Both the position numbers and the translations under genes were made by a program. Of a DNA stretch of 64,000 bases, positions 1-12,721 are shown in pieces; the first letter of the stretch is position 1; every line of letters begins with the position of its first letter. Below the pieces are notes generated by a model. The model made no database searches and had not been told where the DNA came from. It saw only the letters and a program-made list of their open reading frames with translations. Source of the stretch: Glaucostegus cemiculus (taxonomy: Eukaryota). The stretch spans positions 248,001-312,000 of the forward strand of contig CDPCPM010000137.1 of assembly GCA_976551045.1 (NCBI GenBank), given 5' to 3'.

Positions 1-539
1 ATTGAAAGAGACATTTAAAGCATCTGAAAACAATGAGCAACCACAGTTGGATCTTGAAGGACTAATTTGCATACAGCAGCAACAGCAGTTGGATTTTAAC
101 CTAGGACCCAACAGACCGAGTCCAAAGTCCAGATCACTAACCTCTGCCAAGCTACGAAAGTAAATTTTATTTTGCAGGTAGCATCATCATAAAACATTTA
201 TATTCACTACTTGGGGACACGTGGTTAAAGTTAAGGAAACACAGTACTTTGGTTCTTTTCCTGTTGCCCTTGGGGAGTAAGATTGCAGAAGAGTGATGAA
301 TGAAACAACTTTTTTATTGACTTTATTCCTTTTTTTAAAAAAGGCAACCTTTACTGTAAATTAGCCCCTTTTCAGAGGCCCATCTAAGGACTCAAAGATC
401 AGAAAAGTTGCAACAGCTTCCAGATCATCTCACTGACTGGCATCTTAAACATTTACATCCTGTGCCATCTACAAGGTACATGTCAAAGCAGGTGGAGGAA
501 ATGATGTGGCATTGCAGAGTCCTCTGTGTGGAAGCCTGC

Positions 540-643
540 CCCTCAGAACTCCTTTGAATCTTACCCCTCTCACCTTAAACCTATGACCTCTTGTTTTGGA
601 CTCCCCTACCCCAGAGAAAAGACTGACCATCTACCCTATCTAT
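540..643 (-). mobile_element. CR1 LINE 3' fragment
   Basis: Similar to the CR1 ORF2 C-terminal region seen at 23750-23830 and 32400-32520 (ccctctcaccttaaacctatg...ctaccctatcta). Confidence 0.6.
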
Positions 644-648
644 TTTCA

Positions 649-924
649 GGCATGGTAGCGTAGCAGTTAGTGTGACACTATTACAGCGCCAGCAACCCCG
701 GTTCAATTCTAGCCACTGTCTGTAAGGAGTTTGCACGTTCTCCCCATGTCTGCTTGGGTTTCCTCCAGGTGCCCCAGTTTCCTCCCACATTCCAAAGACG
801 TATGGGTTAGGAAATTGTGGGCATGCTACGTTGGCGCCGGAAGTGTGGCAGCACTTGCGGGCTGCCCCCAGAACACGCTACGCACTGTGTGTTTCGATAT
901 ACATGTGACTATTAGAGAAATATC
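649..924 (+). mobile_element. tRNA-derived V-domain SINE (HE1-like), Rex/Babar-like tail
   Basis: A-box-like tagcgtagcagttag and B-box-like ggttcaattct, V-domain core tgggtttcctccaggtgccccagtttcctcccacattccaaagac. Five similar copies in the window. Confidence 0.85.
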
Positions 925-1318
925 CTGTACCTTGTATTTTTGTCCTTTTAGATGGCATGGGTAGTGGGTTTGGGAGGTGTAACCTCAAGTGGTGTGAGAG
1001 TGACTGTTGCAGGCCCAGATGGAAAACTTTTCTCACTGAGTCGGCCTCTAGTGGTTCAATGCTTCATATACAATGTGCACTCATCCTCCCCCCTGTGTCA
1101 TGCACAGCCACCAACTTTTTGAACAAGGTTTTTTTTGTTTGAAACGTGATCTCCACACTTCTCCCCGGAGCCGTGCTTCCCATCCCCGCTGCGAGTGACG
1201 GTGGTTGGACGGGGTGGAGGTTGCCGGCTCCGGCTGTAAGCCGACACCGTGAGGTGGGGCTGCTGCTTGGCAGAGCAAAGGAAACGCGGAAGTCAGGAGC
1301 AGCCGAGCAAGCAGCGCC

Positions 1319-1325
1319 ATGTCAG
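1319..1325 (+). CDS. CARD19: CARD19 coding exon 1 (ATG TCA G; M-S-phase 1)
   Basis: gcgccATG Kozak context followed by donor G|gtcagt. The 7 coding nt join exon 2 in frame (G|AC = Asp). Mammalian CARD19 also has a very short first coding exon (recalled). Confidence 0.8.
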
Positions 1326-1459
1326 GTCAGTGCTGGCCCCGGAGCCCGGGCGACAGCGGCCGCCGCCTCCCTCCGCCCCGAGGGCTCGACTCACGCCTCT
1401 AATGTTAAAGGCAGGAACGGCGAGCCTTTCCCCCCACGGGGCCGCCTCGCTGCTTTCTT

Positions 1460-1476
1460 GGGGGGGGGGGGGGGGG
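1460..1476 (+). repeat. G17 homopolymer followed by a (CCCG/CCAG)n tract to about 1550
   Basis: Read directly; lies in CARD19 intron 1. Confidence 0.9.
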
Positions 1477-2450
1477 AAGAGGAATGGGGTCGGGGAAGAT
1501 GGCTGGAGCGCCCGCCCGCCCGCCCGCCGCCAGCCCGCCAGCCCGCCAGCCACCGCTCTCAGCCCTGCCCCTGCACTCAGCCCTGCCCCTGAATCCCCCG
1601 CCCTCGCCTCGGAGCCGGTCGGTCGCCGACTGTCCGCGCTGTCACCTCCAGCGCCACCAGCAGCCCGTTTAACCTTGGCGCCGGGTCGGGTCGAGTCGGG
1701 CAGGGCAGTCCTGTCACTGTAACGCTCCCGCAGCCACACACTGCAACACCCGTTTACTGTTCCCTTTGCATTAAGCCCTGGCGTCACTCCCCGCAACTTA
1801 TTAGGTTTTTGACTGAACAACTTCTGGCGTCTCTGCAAAAGCGAACAGCCCGCCCCACCCAGTTCCACACCCACATCAGCCAACAAACGGCAACTCGTGG
1901 AAACTGAAAACGTTCGGCCATCCCGACCACATCATGACGTTACGGAACACTTTGCAACAAGCTCACACAATGTGAGTGATTGTGCATATGGGTTTGTGAA
2001 CGGAGACAGAAGGAGCTGGAGATTGCTGACTCTCCGTATATATAAAAAGTTCCTTTGCCAACTAATTGATAGTTTCAGTAATGTTTACTAAGGCAGTCAG
2101 GAAAGCATTTACGGTTGTAAACCAGTGCGGAAAACTTGATAATTATGTTCCTGCAACATCTACCATTTCCGCAAATTGGGATAGGACTCTTAATCAGTAG
2201 TCCAGCAGAAATTGTTTTGAACCCATACAGCAATAATTTGAAATGAAGACAGAGCATGCGGAAAACACTGGGCAGGTCAGACAGCTCTGTGGAAAAGGTG
2301 TAATTTGAACTGGATAGCCAGTCCTTTACAGATTGGATAGTGTATGGAAGTAGGAAACAGTCTGAATTCAAAATAACAGATTAAATGACTCCTGAGAGAA
2401 ACTATCTTGGAGTTTGCTGGAGTGAACAATGTGGGATTATTACCATTTTT

Positions 2451-2746
2451 AAGATAAGATCTTTATCAGTCACATGTACATGGAAACACACAGTGAAATA
2501 AATACATCTTTTGCATAGTGATTTTGGGGGGCAGCCCACAAGTGTCACCATGTATCTGGTGCCAACATAGCATGCCCATAACTTCCTAACCTGTACGTCT
2601 TTGGAATGTGGGAGGAAACTGGAGCACCTGGAGGAAACCCACACAGACACGGGGAGAACGTACAAACTCCTTACAGACAGTGGCTGGATTTGAACCTGGG
2701 TTGCTGGCGCTGTAAAGCATTGTGCTAACCAATATGCTACCGTGCC
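2451..2746 (-). mobile_element. V-domain SINE, full length
   Basis: Reverse complement of the 649-924 element, with a (TCTTA)n tail at 2451-2460. Confidence 0.88.
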
Positions 2747-3582
2747 ATCAAAAATGTTATGATGCCAATTGCTGGAATTGCCACCTGATGAATTAATAGA
2801 GGTTGCAGTCTAGACCTGCTGCAGTTGCTTGAATGGTCAGAATACAGGCAGGAGCTGATGGAATGTAGCCTGGTGCTTGCTGCCTTTTGGAAGATGCCTG
2901 AAAGGCTGCATTCAGCATCAAGGATCCTGATGCTTCAAGGATTCTAAAGGATCAACTTGTCAAGGGCTTTAAAACACAGCTCCATCCATCTTTCTTGCAC
3001 GGCCACATTTGCTTGTAGACATGGACTTAAGCAGTGCTTGATGGCTACAGGATTGTGCACAAAGGGAGGTCTGAGCAGGACTCCCCTTTCTAAACACCTG
3101 GTGAGGTAATCAGTGCTTGCACACTAATTCCTTGCATGCTACTCAAACTCTGGCAAATTTAAAGTCCTGATCATACCCTTGAGCACAAAGAGCAACCAGC
3201 TGATATCTGAGTGTTGCAGTGGAAGCTTGGACTTCTGATGTCATGGCTGAGGATCACTATGTACAAAAGAACATCAGCAGTACAGTGATCTGTCCTCCCA
3301 ACACACTACAAGGAATTATTGAGGCATGCTTCCAGAGGATGTCTGCAGTTCCATGGAGCATGACTCTGAGAGCACAGCATTCAGTCTCACCACTGCCAAT
3401 TTGCCAGTGGCCTTATTGTTGCACAGGCAACTGTCACTCATGCTGAGATGATGTAGTCCACAGTAGAATCTTCAAGGCTCAGAGCTGCTTAAAGTTATCC
3501 TGCACTTTAATTGGGGCAGCAGCTTGCACCTGTCACGTCACACCCACTGCATGAGAGCAACAGGGCAGGCAAAGTTACATGG

Positions 3583-3778
3583 ATAAGATAAGATCTTTAT
3601 TAGTCACATGTACATGGAAACACACAGTGAAATACACCTTTTGCGTAGTGATTTTTTGAGGGGCAGCCCGCAAGTGTTGCCCTGCTTCTGGCGCCAACAT
3701 AGCATGCCCATAACTTCCTAACCTGTAGGTCTTTGGAAAGTGGGAGGAAACCGGAGAACCCGGAGGAAACCCACACGG
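3583..3778 (-). mobile_element. V-domain SINE, 5'-truncated
   Basis: Same tail and V-domain as 2451-2746; tRNA head missing. Confidence 0.85.
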
Positions 3779-4887
3779 ATGGGGCCTAAAGGGATTGCAG
3801 AAGGCTGAAGCATTTGGCATGGGAAAGACAGCTGTGTCAGTTGACCAATATTGGGAGCCTGGGGGTCTGTCGAAGATCATGAGTTGAACTGCAAATGCCC
3901 CAGCCCACCCTCACTATGCCCAGCTACAGTTTGACATGTAAAGTGGAAGGTAGCTGGAGAACATAAGTAGAGGAGAAAGTATAAAGGGAAATTAAGCATA
4001 TCGGGTAAGTGATTGAGTCGTCTCACTCATTTGAAGAACATCCAAAACAAGCATATTGATATTTTGTAGATTGAAGCTCAATATATTTAAATACATCTAC
4101 AATTAAAACTGATCCTCAATATGAAAGCAAAGTAGTGAGAGAGGGAGAGGCTGAGGTATGTGGTATGAGGTATATGTCGGGAAATGCAGTGATAAGGGGA
4201 AGAGCAATTAGAGAGGACTTCAGGAAAGAGATAGGAAGTGATGGGAGAGATACAGTGGGAGAGTGGGCTGTATTTTGAACAGAACCTCATGTAAAGAGAC
4301 AATTTGCAAAATCTTTTTTGCCACTTTCCCTGTTCCTTTTTCCTCTACCAGAACAGTAACTTGATGCCCACACCCCTCAGCTTGGCAGGCATCTTGGGAA
4401 CAGTGCTGTATAGGTGTGATAGCACTTGTTGTCTGCCTATTGCTAATGCAAAGGATAAAGTACAACCTTCTTGGTTTATTTCTAAAATGTTTCTTTGCAT
4501 ATTACAGTAAGCTAGGAAGCATACTAGTCCAATGAGAAGAGGCGACAGTTATCTTTGAGTATTGAGTATTATTTAAAATGGATGCTACACATACATGCTT
4601 TCTCCCCTGCATAGCTCTTGCAATTAAATCACAAGCTTCTGGCCAACACTAATGATATATTAATGAATGGGAGCTAAACAGAGAGCTTGAAATTTAATCG
4701 GATGTATTTAGTTTAATTGCAACTCTGCATTGTGTGCTGCAATCCTATCCATTTTGGAGTACCTTTCATCCTGAATGTTTGATCCAAAGTACAAACTTAC
4801 AAAATGGCTTAAAAGTGTTCCATTAGACTTAAACTTGATTAACAACAAAGTAATATAAGTGTACAGCAGTAAGCCATGATGAACCAA

Positions 4888-5340
4888 GACTGCAAGAAAC
4901 TGCAGAGAGTTGTGGACACAGCCCAGCGCGTCATGGAAACCAGACTCCCCTCCATGGACTCTGTCAATACCTCTCGCTGCCTTGGTGAAGCAGCCAGCAT
5001 AATCAAAGACCCCACCCACCTGGGACATTCCTCTCCTCCCCTCCCCTCCCCTCCCCTCAGGCAGAAGATACAGGAGCCTGAAGACACATACCACCAGGCT
5101 TCTGTCCCACTGTGATAGACTATTGAACGGTTCCCTTACACAATGAGATGGACTCTTGCAATGCACTTCCTTGCAGCTGTGACACATTACTCTGTACTCT
5201 GTTATTATTTTTACCTGTACTACCTCAGTGCACTCTGTACTAACTCTATTTATCTGCACTGTGTAATTGATCTGTATGAACAGTATGCAAGACAACTTTT
5301 TCACTGTACCTTGGTGCAAGTGACAATAATATACCAATAC
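4888..5340 (+). mobile_element. Rex1/Babar-type LINE 3' end
   Basis: CKKLQRVVDTAQRVMETRLPSMDSVNTSRCLGEAASIIKDPTH peptide plus a 3'UTR shared with 33180-33660 and 24607-25100. Confidence 0.8.
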
Positions 5341-5854
5341 CATTTATAATAGGTACATGATTCCATGTTCTTATATGAGTGCAGATATTGGAAAGCAGTA
5401 TTTGGAAGACATGAACTTTACCTTTGCTAAGAAGCTACTGCACAAACAGCTCTTCTTCATGTGTGAACATAAATCATGGATTTCCATTGGTCAGTATATT
5501 TTAGGTGTAAAAACTAATTCCATTTCAAACTTTATCTGATGCCCTCTTAAGTATTTCCTAGAAATAACACAGTTAGCAGTCAGGAGAGGGAACGCTATCC
5601 CCCAACACCCCAGAACCCAAAATATTGGTGCCAATGAATACATTCCTTCTTCCATCTTTGCTGATGTAAATTAGTTTTACCAAGCTGGTTTAATCTGAAG
5701 TCTTTCCAATCTTGATGGCTCACTGCTTTAAGCAACATGGTAAGTAGAGAGTTACATAATGAATTTGCCAGTCTCAAGAGAAGGCAAGCAAGTAGTTACA
5801 GCGTGAGATTTGTTGTTGTTCAGATCTCTTTTTAAATTAATTTTTCAAATTTCA

Positions 5855-6687
5855 GGTGTTGCTGGCCAGCATTTATTATTCATCCCTAATAGCCCTGAGA
5901 AGGTCATGGTGAGCTGCTGCCTTGTAACACTGCAGTCTTTCTCATGTTGTTGGGTGGAGAGTTCCAGGATTTAGACCCACTGACAATGAATGAACAGTGA
6001 TGTATTTCCAAGTTAAGATGAAGAGAGACTTGGAGGGAACCTGCAGGTGCTAGTATTATCATACACCTGCTTCTATTTTCATTTTGGTGGTGGTGTTCAT
6101 GGGTTGGGAGCTGGTGTTGGAGTAGCCTGGGTGAGTAACTGCAGTACATTGTGTAGATGATACACATTGCACCAGTGATGGAATTAATGTATAAAATGGT
6201 GGTTGGGATGTCAATCAAATGTGCTGTTTTGTTCTGGATGCTATCCAGCTTTTTAAGTGTTGTGGAAGGTCCATCCTTCCTGGTTAATGGAGTATAGTTC
6301 ATCATGATCCTGTTTTATGTTTTGTGTGGCAAGGTTCTGAGGTGTCGGGAGGTGAATAACTCGCTGCAGCATACCTAGACTCTGTCCTCATAGCCACAGT
6401 GTTTATCTGGCAGGTCCAGTTGAATTTCTGGTCATTGATGATATCCAGGATGCTGATGGTGGGGACTCGGTGATATTAATCCCATTAATTAAGGGTAGAT
6501 GGTTAGACTTCCTCTTGTCAGAGATGCTCAATGCCTAGGGATTGTGTGGCATGAATGTTACTTATCAGTTATCAGTCCATGCCTGAACATTGTGTTGGTC
6601 CTGCTGTATGCAGGCATAGACTGCTTTATTTTCTGAGCAGCTGAGATAGCAACTGAACATGATGCAACCATGTGCAAAAATCCCACT
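5855..6687 (-). mobile_element. old CR1-group LINE 3' fragment
   Basis: Tail ggccagcatttatt..tcatccctaatagccctgagaagg and degenerate TTLKKLDSIQNK peptide; related to 15690-18780, 40080-40625 and 44830-45290. Confidence 0.65.
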
Positions 6688-7582
6688 CAAAGCTGCATTT
6701 ATTTTTTACCTCTTGGACTTTTTTTTATGGAAAATTATGGCGTTTGTTCAGAAGTGCCCTTTATGTATTAGAAAGACAAGAATTGTCTTGGAAGCTAGAT
6801 GAACTGTAATTAGCTAATGCACAGAAGTCTTATAGGCTCTTTCAGGCATGAAAGACTACGGATAGTGCCCACTGGTGAGCAGTATCTGCTATGCTTGTGA
6901 AAGCCCATACAGAAATGGCAATATCTGTAGAAGGCTGGCTTAGCCATGTCTCTGTGTTATTTGCTCTTCCCATGAGCTCTTTATTCCCCAACAATTAGTG
7001 CTTGGTTCTCTTCACTTTATCAAGACCTTTGTGGAGTTTGTGGTTGCATTGACTGTGATCATGAGTGGCTACGTTCCAGTTAACGTTATTGATTCTGAAA
7101 AACAAGTTTCCCTTTTACATGTCTTTGAAGCATTGGTGTGGACTTTGTCTCTGCAGAGAATGCATTTGGGAGTTCATCCAATGTTCATTCAACGAATATG
7201 CCCAAGTCATCACATGCAACCTTGCCTGACCAGTTGTATGGAAACTGTACGTGATCAAAGACATCAGAAATTCTGACTCAGTCCTTCCAAGATGTGTTCA
7301 GAAAGCATTGCATGCAACATATATGGAATCTGTTTCATTCCTTCTGTTGATAAGAATATTGAGTCCAGGTCTCATTATTGTGGAGTACTGACAACATAGG
7401 TTTGGCACACGGTGATTTTTGTACAGTTTGTTATTGGACCACACCCTTTGTTCTGCAGCTTTATGATATGTGCAGGTTACTGTCTTTATCAATAGAGTGG
7501 CTATTGATGAAGGTGGATAGCAAGTGTGTAAATATCCTCTATTCAGTCAATACCAAGCCTTATTCTGTCCATTTTATTACCA

Positions 7583-8545
7583 TTTAAATAGGAATAAATG
7601 GATATTTCTCAGGTTGGTAGGCTGTGACTGGTGGGTACTGTAAGCATCAGTGAGAGGAAATATAATATTTCCAAGTTTGCTGATGACCAAAAGCTAAGTG
7701 GGAATGTGAACAGTGATGAGGATGTAAAGAGGGTTCATGAGATCAAGACAAATAAGGGAGTGGGCAACAGGATGGCAGATGGAGTAGGATGTGGATATCT
7801 GTGAGGTTATCCACTACAATGGAAACAAACAAATGCTGGGCATTTCTAAATGATGAGGCATTGGAAAATGTAGATGTACACAAGTCACTGAAGATAAACA
7901 TGCAGGTGTTGCAGGCATGCAGGCAGTTAGGAAGGCAAATTGTACATTGGCCTTTACTGCTAGAGGATTTGAGTACAAGATTAACAATGTCTACTACAAT
8001 CATGTAGGGCCATAGAGCACTCCTGCAGCATTGTGTACAACTTTGGTCTCCTTACCTAATAAAGGACATGCTTGCTAAAGAGAGAGTGCATCAAAGAATC
8101 ACCAGAGTGGTTCTTGGATGGTAGGATGGTCACAAAATGAGAGATTGAGGAGGGCAGGTTTCTAGAGACCAGAAGAACGAGGGGTAATATCATTGAATCA
8201 CAAAATTTTTAGAGGGCTCAAAAGGGTAGACATGAGGAAGAGTTTTTCTGAGTAAGTTTAGAATTAGAAGGGTCACAGTCTCAAATTAAAGGATAAGACA
8301 TTTAAGGCTCAAATGAACTTCTCCACCCAAAGCATAATAAATCTTCAAAATTCTCTCTGATTGAGGGATACGAAGGCTCATTCATACATCCAGAGCAGAG
8401 GTCAATAGTTTCTAGATATTAAAGGAATTGAGGGATTTGGGAATAGAGCAGGAAGATGATATTTCAGGTAGAAAATTAGCCATGATCTTGATGAATGGCA
8501 GAACAAGCTCAAGGGGCTGGATGCCTACTCCTGCTCCTATTTTTT
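7583..8545 (+). mobile_element. degenerate CR1 LINE 3' fragment
   Basis: SKFADD motif remnant (tccaagtttgctgatgac), VQLWSP remnant and CR1 tail cctactcctgctcctattt. Confidence 0.75.
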
Positions 8546-9592
8546 TAGGTCATTTTATCTAAATAGGTTTTGTAGTTATGCAATTCAGAGTGAGCTATTT
8601 GCATGTAGTTTTTCTGAGGTCAGCTTGTTATAATTCTGCATGGGGCCTGGGATAGATTTAGATATGTGTAGAAAGAACACTAGTGTTCAGAATGGTAAAT
8701 TGAGTATCATTTAAATTTGGACCAATGGGATCAATTTAATTAAACTATGACAATTGGATAGTAAAGCTTCTGAAAGACGATGTGGGGGTACAAGGGCACC
8801 TCTGCTTGTTTTGAGGTTCCACTCCATGAAGTGGTCTCATCAATTGATGAATGAATGAAAACCACCTGAGGTTAGCTGAGCAATCAGCTGATTGAAACCC
8901 CCTGAAGTCCCTGCTTTTTGACTGCAATGAATTCCACATCACAGCTGTCTTGATTTTTTGCTTTCACCGCCTTCAGAGACCAGCTCCTGATAGCAACCAT
9001 GGACAATGTAAGTCACGGAGACTGTAGTAGCCTTTGCTATGAACCAACATTTGGTGCATATCTGGCAGTTGGTGCCGTTGAATGTACCCATGGATTCTAA
9101 TTGTGTTTGTTGATCAATGTATCTAAATATCACACAGCCTCCCAGGAATGATTGTACATGGACTGGGGCAGCAAAGGAAACCAGCGACGGTTTCAAAATC
9201 AATTGAAGTAGCAATACTAGTTAATATGGTCACCTGTCAGAAAATGGTTGACCCTAATTTCAGTTTTCTTTCATTTTTATTTGCCTTTAAATGGAATACT
9301 GGTTGCATTTCACTTTATAGAAGGTCCTGTCTTATTGTAAACTAGGAGATTATTCCGAGTGATTACAATTCAGTTGGTTTGTTCGGGCTAAAAGGTTAAC
9401 ATTGAGATTGTATCATTTAGCACAGAAGTTATGCCATATGACAGCAAACACCCTCCCCTTGCCATCCAGCTGCTTATATCTAAGCTTACCAGGAGGGCAA
9501 AACCCTGAACCATTTATTGACAACATATTAAACATAACTGATTTGTTCACTGGTGTTGTGCAGCTACATGCTGAGGTTGTTCTATTTTACAG

Positions 9593-9729
9593 ACTACTGT
9601 AGACGGTTGGACAAAGATAAAGAGTTTCTATTAACTGAAGGTACGCTCAGCGAGAAACTGGTGGACAGAATTGTTCTTCACCTGTTCAGAATTTATCCCC
9701 AAATTCTGAATAATACAGAAGCTGAAATG
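9593..9729 (+). CDS. CARD19: CARD19 exon 2, CARD N-terminal half (DYCRRLDKDKEFLLTEGTLSEKLVDRIVLHLFRIYPQILNNTEAEM)
   Basis: Acceptor ttttacag|, donor |gtagga. The translation aligns to human CARD19 YCDRLVQDTPFLTGHGRLSEQQVDRIILQLNRYYPQILTNKEAEK (recalled). Confidence 0.95.
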
Positions 9730-10049
9730 GTAGGAGAACTGCTTCTTTGAACTTACTATGTGCTTTGGGTTTATAAATCATTTTGTTGTCTTATGGGTAC
9801 TTGAATGATAATTTTTTTTTGCAGTACAGTTGTAGGTAATGGCAGCCCGTGTTGTTATTCTAGCCTGCTGCACAGATTTGTGAAGAGCTTGTATCACCAC
9901 TTTTCCATGATTCCCCTGTTGCTGGGGATGGCAATGCAAGGAGGAAACGGTTATGTTGAATCAATGTGTATCATTGCCTTTTGGCCACTTTCAATATCTT
10001 TATAACAGGACAAAGAATATTGTGATGGTGTAATGTGAGGGACTGGAAG

Positions 10050-11150
10050 AGGAGAACAATAGTAGCACAGAGTGAGGCTGTTTGGTTGCCTGTATCTGCT
10101 GCCATTCACAGTCTAGCTAGCATCAGCTGCAATCAAATAATCATTCATTGCTCTGTTCTTCAACCAGATCCTCTTAGATTCTTCAGATATGGTCCTAATT
10201 CTCTTTTAATTGTTGTTAATTAATGTATCATTAACTCTTAGCATTGACATTTCAAAATTTTTCTCATTCTAATCAACTTGACTGGAGAAAGAAAGATTCC
10301 TCCCACTTCCCCTTTTATCCTTCAAGGTATATAATTGAGACTACACCCACTTTGTACTGATTCACAGTCATTGAAAGCAGTATTCATGATTTTTAGCAAA
10401 TGTTGCAATCATTCACAGCAAAGAATCATCAGTAATGATTTCTCCTTCCTTTTCTGCCCTATTGCCTCAGGAATCCCCCCAGGATCTATTCTTGATTTCC
10501 TTCTGTTGTTTATTTACATCCTGCCTATGGCAAATTCAACCTATCCGTTTCTTCAGGTATCCTGCTGCATTTTGCTCTATGTCCATACAGGTTACCGCTC
10601 TCTTCCTGGTAAGTGTCTGAAGCCACACCAAACCCCATGAATAAGCTTTAGCACCATTGCTTAAACTGTTCGTTTGCATTACTGTCAAGTTACTGTTGAA
10701 GCCCTTATCCATGCCTTTATTGTCTCTTGAGTTGACTGTTTCAACCCTCCTGGCCTGACCATTAATTTTCTGTAAACAGTGTCATTACAATTTCTTTTGT
10801 CAGTGTTTTAACTTGCATTATTTGAACTATCTCCCTGTATTTCTTGATCTACTATAGCTTCAGTTAAACAATATCTTGTTTTTGAAAGTTCCTTACTATA
10901 TCCCCGTTCTTCCATTTTCTCTGTTTTGTAACCTGCTCCAATACATAGAGTACCTGCTCCAAATACATACATACATACTACTCCAATACATACAGTACAG
11001 GCTCTAATGTCAGACTTTTGTATGTCTCCAATTTTTAACGTTTCCACTGTCCTTTGTTATATAGGGCATATACTCAAGAGTTTCCTCCAAAGAACTCCAT
11101 CCCCTCCAACCACTCTTTCCTCATTTAACATACTCTTAAAATCTATCCAT
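10050..11150 (+). mobile_element. highly degenerate L2 LINE remnant
   Basis: GIPPGSILDFLLLFIYILPM (GVPQGSILGPLLF.IY.LPL-like) and EALIHAFI..VD motifs. Confidence 0.6.
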
Positions 11151-11467
11151 CTTCTGCCCTGTTATCAGGTAATTAATTATATTTTGTTTGCTGACACTTT
11201 TTGCTTTGATAGATTTTGATCTCTGTTTCCTTGTGTAGAGTTTATCATTGATTATTTCGTTCATTAGGGTTTGCTTTTAAATGTCAGCAATGTTCTTGGA
11301 AATCCCTCAGTGAAAAACTGGTCTAGGAACTACTTGGAGACTGGCAGTTGATCACTGTCTGGTTTTCCCTCAGGTGACACTGTGTTCCTCGATGACAGTC
11401 ACAAGAACGTGAACAAAGTTTAACTTTTATTTTACCTCTTAAATAACAGGCCAGTGCTGATAGTTGA

Positions 11468-11841
11468 AAAGAAAGATTTGCCTTTATTTCTAACCTTTCA
11501 TGTGCAGAATTAAGTTTTCTTTTTGCACTGGAGTTACTGCTGCAATGTGTGGAATCTTAGGCAGGTTCCACCAGGTTTTGAGCTGTTGGTTCAGGGCTAA
11601 ACACCGAAGGTAGTGTTGGGGGGAAAACACAATTCAAAGTATGGGGAGTTGGTGAATGATGTCCATGTGACTGGGAAATCTGTTTATTGGCACACCTGAA
11701 AGGCAACAGCTTTGCCAGTGCACTACTATCTTGCTACAGTACTGAGTGCAAGCATAGATTTTGGGCTCAAACATTTGGAGGTGGTTTTTAGACAACAATC
11801 TTTGCTTTAAGGTGAGAGTTTTGGCAATGAATTGAAACTGC
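11468..11841 (-). mobile_element. Deu-domain SINE (SacSINE1/AmnSINE1-like), degenerate
   Basis: Reverse complement resembles 60877-61552 (tail aaagaaagatttgc, body tagattttgggctcaa). Family assignment is from a recalled consensus. Confidence 0.6.
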
Positions 11842-11897
11842 TACTGTGTCTCTCCTCTAGTGATCTTCATACTGAACCTTGCATTTTGTTCCAAAAG

Positions 11898-12051
11898 TTC
11901 AGGAGTCTAAATACTCCAGTGTGCATTAGGATATCTGAGCTCCTCGTTCATCTGCAGAACAAGAGTAATAAAGCCTGTAAGGAATTTTACAGTGCACTGG
12001 AGATAAATGATCCTCGGATATACGAGAAGCTTCCAAGCAAACACCTAGGCA
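11898..12051 (+). CDS. CARD19: CARD19 exon 3, CARD C-terminal half (FRSLNTPVCIRISELLVHLQNKSNKACKEFYSALEINDPRIYEKLPSKHLG)
   Basis: Acceptor ttccaaaag|, donor |gtaagt, 154 nt. Aligns to human FRNPKASLRVRLCDLLSHLQRSGERDCQEFYRALYIHAQPLHSRLPSRHAL. Confidence 0.95.
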
Positions 12052-12721
12052 GTAAGTTTCAATTTCATTTAAAATCGCAAATAAACTATAGTACTGGACT
12101 TTATGCAAATTCTAATAGTTACCAGGAGTTAATTGTATAAGCCAATATCTATATGACACAGAAACACAATGGACCACATCAAGGCTGATACTGACTAAAC
12201 AAGAATGTGTTAACTCCAATGATTTCCTGGTAACTCAATATTTGTGTTAACTGTCAGTAATAAGCTCAACTTGGATACTATTAAAAGAGTTCATTTGCAC
12301 TTAATCACTCTCCAGTGCCCTCCTAGTGGGTTTCTCTGAACATTGGGCAAGTTTTGGATTTGGTTAAATGCAATGGAAATAAAATTAGGCAAGCTCTATA
12401 AAGAGTATGTGATTTCTTGGCCAGGTGACTATCCAAATGACTTAGTGGAAAATTGGCCTCATTCTCATTTCACACAGGCACAACTTCATCATTATTAAAA
12501 TAACACACATCAAATTTCTGCCCTTCCCAAGACAAGTTTGCCAACTTATTTTGTTACACTGACTGTGTTCTTTGCGGCCTTGCATGGCATGATTATTTTG
12601 GGTTTTGGAACCATTCTTTGATAGGCATAATGCCTATTGTGACCTGTTGTGACATTGTGGTTGTACTAGTTTATACAATACAGAATGATGAAACTAACTA
12701 CTAACTGCATTACTTTCACAG

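Larger units (their letters stand above)
1140..1760 (+). promoter_or_regulatory. CpG island / promoter and first exon region of CARD19
   Basis: The only strongly GC- and CpG-rich stretch in an otherwise CpG-depleted window. It spans the ATG at 1319 and has an ETS/GABP-type motif CGGAAGT at 1287-1293 just upstream. Confidence 0.85.

Noticed and set aside
649-720. tRNA-like A/B boxes (also near 90-150, 2700, 23430, 30260, 61230)
   Set aside because: These are SINE heads followed by V-domain bodies, or too degenerate; no full cloverleaf.
1081-1886. Long Pro/Ala/Gly-rich ORFs (148, 157, 197 aa) on both strands
   Set aside because: These are an artefact of stop-poor CpG-island composition; the real coding content is the 7-nt first exon.
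2750-3570. Possible decayed Harbinger-like or other ancient transposon (similar-looking blocks at 20340-21120, 43560-44120, 51380-51800)
   Set aside because: No motif could be read with confidence; left unassigned.
10930-11010. Short ~20-bp tandem duplication (acctgctccaatacata)
   Set aside because: Ordinary slippage repeat inside the L2 remnant.
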